Positions 19,154 through 26,209 of a stretch of DNA of 39,520 nucleotides are shown here, one piece after another. The stretch is from a virus (lineage: Duplodnaviria; Caudoviricetes): the IMG/VR virus record IMGVR_UViG_3300011335_000314, positions 1-39,520 of that record; one strand, written 5' to 3'. Position 1 is the first letter of the stretch, and every line of letters begins with the position of its first letter. The notes under the pieces were generated by a model. The model did not search any database, was not told the origin of the DNA, and was given only the letters and a program-made list of their open reading frames with translations. The position numbers and the translations under genes were made by a program.

Positions 19154-19720
19154 CTATGCGTATTGTTTAAATGTATGAATTGGCTCAGAGCACATATTAT
19201 CATATTGGATTGCAATAGCAATTGCTTTACGAATCATATTCTCTGCTTGATTAATAGTCTTTACTTTTTCCACACCCAGCGCTGCCAATGCACCGAGGGC
19301 AACATCTCCGCCAGTACCCATAACATATACATTACGAACATCGGTATCCCAAGAGTAATCTTCAGAAATCGAGAAAACTTGCCCTTTGACCGAGATGAGA
19401 AATCCCCCATCAATAAGTGCGACATCGCCGTCCTCTTTCATATCAATACCAGCATCTATAAAGTTCTTTCGCATTTGCGGAATAAACTTTGTAGTCATAT
19501 AGGTATTTAAATCTTCTTTAAGTGTTGGCTTAGGTTGTACATAGCCATAATGCAAAATGTTACTGGCTCTAGATGAACCACATCCTGCAATTAATACTGT
19601 ATTGTTTTCTACAATCTTTGGCGTCTTTGCAATTTGGAAACGTCCATGCTCATCGCTGAGCCGTGAATCACACCCTAATACCGACCAACCGTCACCTTGT
19701 ATCGCTACCAGCGTTGTCAT
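19154..19720 (-). CDS. Ntn-hydrolase, proteasome beta-subunit/HslV-like threonine protease
   Basis: True start M-TTLVAIQGDGWSVLGCDSR (N-terminal Thr nucleophile, D17, K33-like TPKI, AG.G, GTGGDVALGAL). GGGGA RBS. Confidence 0.85.
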   Translation of the reverse strand: MTTLVAIQGDGWSVLGCDSRLSDEHGRFQIAKTPKIVENNTVLIAGCGSSRASNILHYGYVQPKPTLKEDLNTYMTTKFIPQMRKNFIDAGIDMKEDGDVALIDGGFLISVKGQVFSISEDYSWDTDVRNVYVMGTGGDVALGALAALGVEKVKTINQAENMIRKAIAIAIQYDNMCSEPIHTFKQYA

Positions 19721-19721
19721 T

Positions 19722-21494
19722 TTATCCCCTAGTTGTAACTCGTCCCGTTGCCTTGCCACTACCACTTAGGGTAGATAATATTGTTTGTAAGTCTGGTGCT
19801 GGTGTAGCAGGTGCTAGTCCTCCGTCCATAGGAGGGCCTCCTGCTGGGGTCGCGCCTGGAACAGGGGACGGCTGCTCAACAGGAGAAGTTGCAGCCCCAG
19901 CAGAAGGAACTGGCTGCTGAGGAGCAAACACGTTAGCGATAGCCTCTTCTAGAGACTGTCCCTTTTGACGTGCAGTAATTACTCCCGCAATCTTGGTTAC
20001 GATAGATGCTGGGTCTCCGCCTTGTGTAGCCATTGCTGGAATAGCCTGAGCCATTGCAGTAATGCCACTAAGAAGTGATGAACGCATATTTTCGATTTCA
20101 ATCTTTTCAAGTTCTTGGGTTACGTTTACGGTGAATGGAAGTTCACGCATAGCCATATCCTTGGAGATAAGTCCTCCACCAAGAGCCTGAAGCATAAAGA
20201 TAAGTCCTTGCGCTGGGTTAAGGCCAGCAAGCATACCATAGCGAACATCTGCTGAGTAATCAGACTTGATATCCTTAGATGGCTTGTATGTGATTTCGTA
20301 AGGTGAACCAGAGTCAACGCCACGGATTGTCTTTTCCGCTGGGAAAATCTTCTCATCTACTTCAAAACATAGAGAGACAACATCGCGTAGAGCGGAGGCA
20401 AAAATTGCCTGTGCTGATTTAACCTGTGTATCAAAGGCACCCATAAGCGCCTGTACGCCTTGACCTGTAACGATGCTTGCATCAATGTTACCAGAACGTC
20501 CTTCTGGATAACGAGTACCTGAGCGAAGTTCCTGGTTAAGGAGTTGTGCTTCTGTGAATGCGCCTTGTGGAATGTTTAATTCGACACGTCGAACGCCAGC
20601 AGGGTTAGAGGTACGGATAACCGCATCTCCACCCAACTGGAGTTCTTGAACGTCTTGTGGTAGTACAATTGGTGCTTGAACACTTTTCTCTGCTGCTTCC
20701 ATTGCCAATAAGGCGAAACGGTTGCGGAGAAGTTGAATACCTAATACGTCGTCGAATTGTCCACGCATCTCGCCATCAATAGACGGCTTACGCGCCACGA
20801 CAACCATCATCTTGCCCATTGGATTTAATGCGCTAGATAAAACTAAATTACCTTTTCTAGGTAAATAAATTACTGATTGGTCCTTATCATAGTAACGGAC
20901 CATTTCAACCTGTGCGTGTAGGTCTTGTTTGTAACCATCGCGTCCAAGGATTTGAGTTTCATACTCTGGGAATTGTGATACAAGTTCTCCAAGAGTTAAC
21001 ATATAGCGCTTGGCAAATGCCACACAGCGTCCGTAGCGGTCAAATTCTGGGTAAGCCCCAATTGGATTTTCTACGCGGATACGCGGCAACTTGCTATCTT
21101 CGTCAAGTTCAATCATGAACGGAACGAAACCGTATGTTAAGTACCAGTCTGCACCTGAGTACATCTGTACTGATAGGTCAGAGTGGGAGAAGTAGTTAGC
21201 GGCAATACGAGTACGCTTGTCAGCAAATGTACGTGCCTTATCGCTAACAGAATTAGCAGCAGAACAGTTAATCGCTGGTAGTGGAGCCATAACCTCGGAG
21301 AGGTCGCGTGCTACTACGTCGATAAAGTTAGCAACTACGTTAGCATCTACACCCTCTGGGAAGAATTCAGGGTATACTGATGCAATTTGTCCCTTACGGA
21401 CTGCGAGTACGCTTAGGTTACGAGCATCTCGGTCGTGGTTACGGTAGCGCAACGCTTCGACGCGTGCTGCAACCTGTTCCATTGATAATGCCAT
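19722..21494 (-). CDS. Portal protein
   Basis: About 590 aa directly after the terminase, with a low-complexity C-terminal tail. AGGA RBS before MALSMEQ at 21494. Confidence 0.8.
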   Translation of the reverse strand: MALSMEQVAARVEALRYRNHDRDARNLSVLAVRKGQIASVYPEFFPEGVDANVVANFIDVVARDLSEVMAPLPAINCSAANSVSDKARTFADKRTRIAANYFSHSDLSVQMYSGADWYLTYGFVPFMIELDEDSKLPRIRVENPIGAYPEFDRYGRCVAFAKRYMLTLGELVSQFPEYETQILGRDGYKQDLHAQVEMVRYYDKDQSVIYLPRKGNLVLSSALNPMGKMMVVVARKPSIDGEMRGQFDDVLGIQLLRNRFALLAMEAAEKSVQAPIVLPQDVQELQLGGDAVIRTSNPAGVRRVELNIPQGAFTEAQLLNQELRSGTRYPEGRSGNIDASIVTGQGVQALMGAFDTQVKSAQAIFASALRDVVSLCFEVDEKIFPAEKTIRGVDSGSPYEITYKPSKDIKSDYSADVRYGMLAGLNPAQGLIFMLQALGGGLISKDMAMRELPFTVNVTQELEKIEIENMRSSLLSGITAMAQAIPAMATQGGDPASIVTKIAGVITARQKGQSLEEAIANVFAPQQPVPSAGAATSPVEQPSPVPGATPAGGPPMDGGLAPATPAPDLQTILSTLSGSGKATGRVTTRG

Positions 21495-21501
21495 TGGTAT
21501 C

Positions 21502-23379
21502 CTAACCGTAAGTTTGAGACCATTGGTCTGCAAATGCTTCATCTAAATTGACTGCTTGTCGCCTTGAGGCTTGAGCCTGGGTTGTCCATCGGTTCTGCAT
21601 CCATCTAGATGCATTACTGCTTTGCTGCATCATCTCGCGTATGCGGATAACAGCAAACCACAGAGCCATTACGCAGTCTGTAGGGTTCTTAGTATCTGGT
21701 TTCCAGGTAATAAGTTCCTGTACTAAGGTCTTAAGTCCTTCAGACCCTTCATTACTTGGTAGTTCAATAATGTTGTTATCTTGGAAACGTCCATCTCTAG
21801 TATTTCCAAATAGCATAGACATAGACGCAACACCAAAAGACGTGTCCCATTTGTTCTTGCCAGTAAAGTGAGAGTTTAATTGGCATCCGTAGGATGCTAG
21901 ATATGCTCTTAAGTCGTCATCTAAGGCATACGCCTTCTGGTGTGCGTTAATTTCAATACGTAATTCCTGTGGACGGTATTTCTCTACCCACTCCTCAATC
22001 AAAGATTGAATCTTTGCAGGGCTTGGGTCAGTCATATTCACACAGTCTAGGACGTAAATGCGTCCATCTGCTCGGTTGTACGTAGCAACCACGGCTCCCG
22101 TAGCACCTGCCATAGCAGGGTCGAGGCCAATAATAGTATATCCTTCAACATGCTGAGGATGTCCTGGTATTCCAGCCTTTAACGGTCCGCGTTTACGCAT
22201 TCCGTTGACGGAACCTGCGACACAGGTAGGCGAGAAGATTGAGTCTTCTTGGACGTCTTCTTGTTGGTAGACCATAGCCCATACTGACGGAGCGACCTCA
22301 GAGCGACGCTTAAAGAGAGAAGGTCCGTCCCACTTGGGATATAACCCATCATCTAATACCTCGTCCAGGTCGTTTTCTTGTTGGTCCGTAGCAGGCCATA
22401 GCGTTTTCCAGTTCTTCGGCTTGTCATCAAACTGAAGAACGGCTGGCATAGCACAGTAAGTAAAGGGTGTCTTGCCACCAGTCCACTGTGAGCCATCCCT
22501 AATCATCTTGTAGAGGTCTACAGATGATACTCGGGTTCCTACAATAATAAGTTTACCGTGGCGTCCCAAACGAGTGATGACTTCTTTTTGAAGCCATTCG
22601 ATTTGCTTTTCCCACTCATGGGCGTTGCTGCCCATAACCACGTCATCTAGGATAATCAGGTCGGCACGTGCTCCGTAAATCTGAGAACCAAAGCCCAATG
22701 CTTGGACTGTAGGGTCTTTCTCGCCAGAGTCTCGACCTGTACCTAGATAAATCATATCAGCAGACCATTGTGTAGCATCTGCCTTATACCCACCATTAGG
22801 GCCGAAGGCCGTCTGGAGTTTCATGAACCCGGGATGGGATAAACGGGTCTTAATTGCACCCAAAAACTTGCGAGCCATACCCTGGGTTTTAGACACGATA
22901 ATCACTCGCGTGTTAGGGTTGGTCACAATCTTGTATGTTACATAGTTAGTCGTTATAGTAGTCGACTTGGCGTGCTCGGGTGGCACGTTGATAAGGACAC
23001 GGTTAGGGTCGCCTGGCTCGTAAGTCATACCAGCGGGTAGCCATCTAGGCTGTTTACCTTCAATAAGGTCAATCCAGTCAAGTTGATGGTCAAACAGGCG
23101 TGAGTCCAGAAACTGCTCTGAGAACTCATGGAAGGGCATATCCTTCATCTCGGCTAAATCAGCCTTAATGCCTTTGCCCGCGAGGCGGGCCTTGTCAGAA
23201 GCCTCTTTAAACTCTGGGCTCTGCATCGTCCATTGACGGAAGGCGGTGTCTTGACGGTCTACAGAAGCCATAGCGGCGGTGACGGTCGCACCCTGTTCTA
23301 AGAGGGCCAGGACTTTAGCCTGGGCATCCTCCTTGGAATATGTCTGTTTTCCTGCTTTGCGTCCCATGTAACGTCCCAT
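21502..23379 (-). CDS. terL: Terminase large subunit (with N-terminal HTH-like extension)
   Basis: Walker A variant INVPPEHAKST, Walker B LIILDD, VGTR coupling motif, nuclease GLDPA and TDCVMALW. Confidence 0.92.
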   Translation of the reverse strand: MGRYMGRKAGKQTYSKEDAQAKVLALLEQGATVTAAMASVDRQDTAFRQWTMQSPEFKEASDKARLAGKGIKADLAEMKDMPFHEFSEQFLDSRLFDHQLDWIDLIEGKQPRWLPAGMTYEPGDPNRVLINVPPEHAKSTTITTNYVTYKIVTNPNTRVIIVSKTQGMARKFLGAIKTRLSHPGFMKLQTAFGPNGGYKADATQWSADMIYLGTGRDSGEKDPTVQALGFGSQIYGARADLIILDDVVMGSNAHEWEKQIEWLQKEVITRLGRHGKLIIVGTRVSSVDLYKMIRDGSQWTGGKTPFTYCAMPAVLQFDDKPKNWKTLWPATDQQENDLDEVLDDGLYPKWDGPSLFKRRSEVAPSVWAMVYQQEDVQEDSIFSPTCVAGSVNGMRKRGPLKAGIPGHPQHVEGYTIIGLDPAMAGATGAVVATYNRADGRIYVLDCVNMTDPSPAKIQSLIEEWVEKYRPQELRIEINAHQKAYALDDDLRAYLASYGCQLNSHFTGKNKWDTSFGVASMSMLFGNTRDGRFQDNNIIELPSNEGSEGLKTLVQELITWKPDTKNPTDCVMALWFAVIRIREMMQQSSNASRWMQNRWTTQAQASRRQAVNLDEAFADQWSQTYG

Positions 23380-24005
23380 CTAATAACGCCGATTTAACGT
23401 ACCCTATAAACGGCATAAGGGGGGCATTTTGATAAAAAAAATTTAAAATTATAATATATATAGGAGGAGCGGAGTCTTAAACGGAGCGACTCCGTAATAA
23501 TATATATATACTATAGAAGACCCGTTCAAACGGGTCTTTTCCGAGTGGGTTGGGGAAGTATTTCCCCGAACCCCTGTATGTTAAGCCTACGATGTGACGT
23601 AAGTCACACTATCCGAGGAGTACTTTTAGTACTCTGAGGGGGGTATTAAATATAACAGAAAATAATTATGGGAGTATATATATATTAAAGAGCGCGTTTT
23701 TTAAAAAGTGCGGGTCAAAGATAGCGCGTATCGCGCTTTATTCTGGCTTTATTTATTGTGTGTGTGAATTGTGAATGGGTAACTATCTACCAGAGAATAA
23801 ATAAAATAGTTACGGGGGAATAAATAAATAAATATGAATAGAAATATGCCAGGAGAAAAATCACCCTGGTATCTCTGGCGCACTAGCTCTTTTTTATTTC
23901 AGACCGACCCTATCGCCCGCGACTTATACCAGACCCAACCCCTGCCGCCGGTATTCTGCCCCGCGTGTCTGCCCCGTATCGGCTCAACCCGCCCGCCCCT
24001 GCCCC

Positions 24006-24021
24006 GTTCGGTTAACCGAAC
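24006..24021. promoter_or_regulatory. Palindromic motif copy 1, GTTCGGTTAACCGAAC
   Basis: Perfect 16 bp palindrome, repeated through the early region. Confidence 0.8.
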
Positions 24022-24077
24022 ACGCTCAAGACCCGCCCGCCCGCGCTCCCTACTTGGTGTTGCAGAATCTAAATCGG

Positions 24078-24086
24078 TGCTACAAT
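24078..24086 (+). promoter_or_regulatory. Extended -10 promoter (TGcTACAAT) for the first early gene
   Basis: TGn plus TACAAT about 50 bp upstream of the AAAGGA RBS and the ATG at 24138. Confidence 0.55.
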
Positions 24087-24137
24087 TCTCCTATGCCGAA
24101 CGGCACGCAGTACCCAACCAGAAAAGGAAATAAAAAA

Positions 24138-24743
24138 ATGGCTACAAAATCAACAAAGGCAAAGGCTCCAAAAGCAGTTGAAATCAAGGCTCCAAAGATA
24201 GCAACCGCGTGGAATAGTGTCTGCGCTACTTCTGCAAAGTCTGAAAGTGAAATCGTGAAGGCGATAGAGAATCTATCTGCAACCCTAGTTCTTGAGAGTC
24301 GCTTATCAGTAACCGACCAGAAGAAGTTCATCAAGGGTCTTGAGAGTGGTGGCAAGGTGTCTTCTTTCGTGAAGTCTTCACACGCTCCCGCGCTCCCTAC
24401 TTGGAGCAAGTTGCGCGCACTTCACGCAGACTTCCGCGCCTTGCCTATCGCTAAGCAACTCTCAACCGCCGCCGCATCCTATGACCTTCTAGGGTCTGGC
24501 AAGGGTGAGCAGATTAAGACGCTTGACGCGCTCACGAAAGAAATCGCAACCATCCGCAAGGCTAAGGCCGATAAGTCTAAGGAGCAGAAGTCATCAACCC
24601 CGAAGGATAAGGCTCCAAAGAATACCCTCAAGGATATCCTCGCCTACTTCACCGCGCTTGATACCTCAAGCCTAGAAGATGCTCAACTAGACACTATCGC
24701 AGAAATCCACGCCGTACTAGAAGATAAAATGGCTAACGCGTAA
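24138..24743 (+). CDS. Early hypothetical protein (201 aa, Lys/Ala-rich, helical)
   Basis: AAAGGA RBS, ATG at 24138, its own promoter and terminator. Confidence 0.8.
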   Translation: MATKSTKAKAPKAVEIKAPKIATAWNSVCATSAKSESEIVKAIENLSATLVLESRLSVTDQKKFIKGLESGGKVSSFVKSSHAPALPTWSKLRALHADFRALPIAKQLSTAAASYDLLGSGKGEQIKTLDALTKEIATIRKAKADKSKEQKSSTPKDKAPKNTLKDILAYFTALDTSSLEDAQLDTIAEIHAVLEDKMANA

Positions 24744-24752
24744 GCGATAAAG

Positions 24753-24785
24753 AATAGCCCCCGCGAAAGCGGGGGTTATTTTTTT
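24753..24785 (+). terminator. Rho-independent terminator
   Basis: AATAGCCCCCGC-GAAA-GCGGGGGTTATT followed by a T-run. Confidence 0.9.
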
Positions 24786-24812
24786 GCCTATTTTTTTTGG
24801 CCAAAAATTCGG

Positions 24813-24889
24813 CCGACACAAACCAACACAAACTTTCTATGGCGACGACCTACGCAACGCACCGACCACCGAAAAAATCCGACACAAAC
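24813..24889 (+). repeat. CCGACACAAAC motif cluster (24813, variant at 24823, 24879)
   Basis: Exact 11-mer twice here, and again at 25823 and 28282. Confidence 0.75.
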
Positions 24890-24926
24890 TTGGAGACGAA
24901 TGACGAGTGCCACCGACCTACGCAGC

Positions 24927-24941
24927 GTTCGGTTAACCGAA
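24927..24941. promoter_or_regulatory. Palindromic motif copy 2
   Basis: GTTCGGTTAACCGAA ends 6 bp upstream of a -35 box. Confidence 0.8.
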
Positions 24942-24947
24942 TGGTGC

Positions 24948-24976
24948 TTGACGGATATTTAGCCATAGGGTAGACT
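24948..24976 (+). promoter_or_regulatory. Sigma70/SigA-type promoter
   Basis: TTGACG-17 bp-TAGACT. Confidence 0.8.
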
Positions 24977-25020
24977 AGTGTCTATCAGCGAGAGTCATAT
25001 CTCTTTGATATCCAACCTAG

Positions 25021-25038
25021 TGTTCGGTTAACCGAACA
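25021..25038. promoter_or_regulatory. Palindromic motif copy 3 (18 bp TGTTCGGTTAACCGAACA)
   Basis: Perfect palindrome between the promoter and the RBS. Confidence 0.8.
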
Positions 25039-25053
25039 GAAAGTGAGAACGAA

Positions 25054-25188
25054 ATGATAGACCTAAACGAGTTAAGCGCTCACTTAGAAGTACAGACCAA
25101 CATTCTAAATGAGAAGCGAGCAGAGCAAGAAAGGTACGAACAAGGCGTTCGTGCTATGCAAGAAGCAACCACAAAGGAGATGATGTAA
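25054..25188 (+). CDS. Early mini-protein, 44 aa
   Basis: MIDLNELSAHLEVQTNILNEKRAEQERYEQGVRAMQEATTKEMM, with a TAATG overlap to the next gene. Confidence 0.65.
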   Translation: MIDLNELSAHLEVQTNILNEKRAEQERYEQGVRAMQEATTKEMM

Positions 25189-25334
25189 TGAGAGAATGTA
25201 TGATAGATAACTGCAATTCTACTGAATTGGTATATAGCGGAGTAGATGCCTTCGTGCTAGGTGTACCAACTGAGAAGATTTGCTATTACCACGCCAACGC
25301 TCACGCTCAAGGCTCATTGGAAATCATAGTATGA
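25188..25334 (+). CDS. Early mini-protein, 48 aa, possible Zn binder
   Basis: MRECMIDNC...CYYH. AAGGAG RBS and ATGA overlap to the next gene. Confidence 0.65.
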   Translation: MRECMIDNCNSTELVYSGVDAFVLGVPTEKICYYHANAHAQGSLEIIV

Positions 25335-25465
25335 TTACTTGGAACTTTGACGATAAGGTAGACCTTGGGGCGTTACCCTACGGACTCAGCCCTGATGAGT
25401 TTGAGTTGCTCCGAGCAGATATCCAAGATGCTATTGACGGCGTTTTAGAAGACTGGGGCATTTGA
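25331..25465 (+). CDS. Early acidic mini-protein, 44 aa
   Basis: MITWNFDDKVDLG...LEDWGI, with its start coupled to the upstream stop. Confidence 0.6.
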   Translation: MITWNFDDKVDLGALPYGLSPDEFELLRADIQDAIDGVLEDWGI

Positions 25466-25490
25466 CCAGAACTTATGAAGGTGGTAGACT
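25462..25490 (+). promoter_or_regulatory. Sigma70/SigA-type promoter
   Basis: TTGACC-17 bp-TAGACT. Shares GGTAGACTAGT with the promoter at 24948. Confidence 0.8.
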
Positions 25491-25503
25491 AGTCTTATTG
25501 GCG

Positions 25504-25601
25504 AGCCTACCTTTCGTTGGGTAGGGTAGGCTGGTGGCTTACGATAGGCAGTTACGCAGGTGCGAGTCCTGCGGTAAGCGCGTGATAACAAAGCGTTATC
25601 A
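25504..25601 (+). ncRNA. Structured leader/ncRNA candidate with a tRNA T-arm-like element
   Basis: Hairpin AGCCTACC/GGTAGGCT, then GCTTAC...CGCAGG-TGCGAGT-CCTGCG-GTAAGC, then hairpin TGATAAC/GTTATCA. Confidence 0.5.
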
Positions 25602-25604
25602 TCT

Positions 25605-25619
25605 GTTCGGTTAACCGAA
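25605..25619. promoter_or_regulatory. Palindromic motif copy 4
   Basis: GTTCGGTTAACCGAA just before the AAGGA RBS. Confidence 0.8.
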
Positions 25620-25639
25620 TAGCGTTCTAAGGATATGAT

Positions 25640-25780
25640 ATGGAAAATCAAGTAATCGCAAGAAAACTTGCTAGCAAAGGCGGTGCGGGTATTACTCGCC
25701 AATACCTTCGTGATGCAAAGTCAATGAATCCCATCAAGCGCATTAAAGCAATACGCGCATTAACGAAAGTCGGTAAGTAA
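25640..25780 (+). CDS. Early basic mini-protein, 46 aa
   Basis: AAGGA RBS. MENQVIARKLASKGGAGITRQYLRDAKSMNPIKRIKAIRALTKVGK. Confidence 0.65.
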   Translation: MENQVIARKLASKGGAGITRQYLRDAKSMNPIKRIKAIRALTKVGK

Positions 25781-25782
25781 CA

Positions 25783-25977
25783 ATGACTTACAAATCAGCC
25801 GACCAACTAGTGGCGGAAATTTCCGACACAAACAATGTCTGGGAGTCCCGCCTAGATTATGAACTCGTTCAAGAAATCTTAGGGCGTTCTATGAGCGTCT
25901 TAGAATGGACCGAACTTACTGAGAAACTTGACGATATTGTCTTTGAGACAGTTATGAGTTACTCCTATGACCACTAA
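25783..25977 (+). CDS. Early hypothetical protein, 64 aa (acidic)
   Basis: Tightly packed ORF. Contains CCGACACAAAC at 25823. Confidence 0.65.
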   Translation: MTYKSADQLVAEISDTNNVWESRLDYELVQEILGRSMSVLEWTELTEKLDDIVFETVMSYSYDH

Positions 25978-26182
25978 TGTATCTATAGAATTGACTCCTG
26001 CCGAGGTGAATATCGTCAGGCAGTCTCTACGCGCTGAACACGATAGAATGGTTAAGCAGGGCTTTGCCCAACTTGCCAAACTTGCAACGGAAACCTCCAA
26101 CAAAATCGCCAATGCCGTAATTGACTTTAATTTACGCGAGGTGTATGATAGTACTACTCAACCACAAGGCGTGGTTGGTTAA
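25967..26182 (+). CDS. Early hypothetical protein, 71 aa
   Basis: Overlapping start, helical sequence. Confidence 0.65.
   Translation: MTTNVSIELTPAEVNIVRQSLRAEHDRMVKQGFAQLAKLATETSNKIANAVIDFNLREVYDSTTQPQGVVG
26121..26149 (+). promoter_or_regulatory. Sigma70/SigA-type promoter inside the upstream CDS, driving the amidoligase operon
   Basis: TTGACT-17 bp-TATGAT. Confidence 0.7.
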
Positions 26183-26184
26183 GC

Positions 26185-26200
26185 GTTCGGTTAAACGAAC
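26185..26200. promoter_or_regulatory. Palindromic motif copy 5 (1 mismatch)
   Basis: GTTCGGTTAAACGAAC in the 27 bp intergenic gap before the amidoligase gene. Confidence 0.75.
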
Positions 26201-26209
26201 AGACAAGGT

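Larger units (their letters stand above)
23380..24137. other. Non-coding divergent control region with multiple inverted repeats (candidate packaging/terminus/origin region)
   Basis: AT-rich tracts plus at least 7 short inverted repeats between the divergent terL and early operons. Confidence 0.6.

Noticed and set aside
23834-24133. 99 aa plus-strand ORF in the control region, and the 24054 upstream start of the next gene
   Set aside because: The Pro/Arg-rich translation derives from C-rich DNA repeats, there is no RBS, and it overlaps a promoter. The RBS supports the ATG at 24138 instead.
25021-25038. Palindrome as an actinobacterial LexA box or parS site
   Set aside because: The LexA box is CGAAC-N4-GTTCG, whereas here the half-sites are in the opposite order with 6 bp between them. 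It also does not match parS (TGTTTCACGTGAAACA).
25537-25582. Bona fide tRNA gene
   Set aside because: It lacks D and anticodon arms and a CCA end. Kept only as a tRNA-like element.
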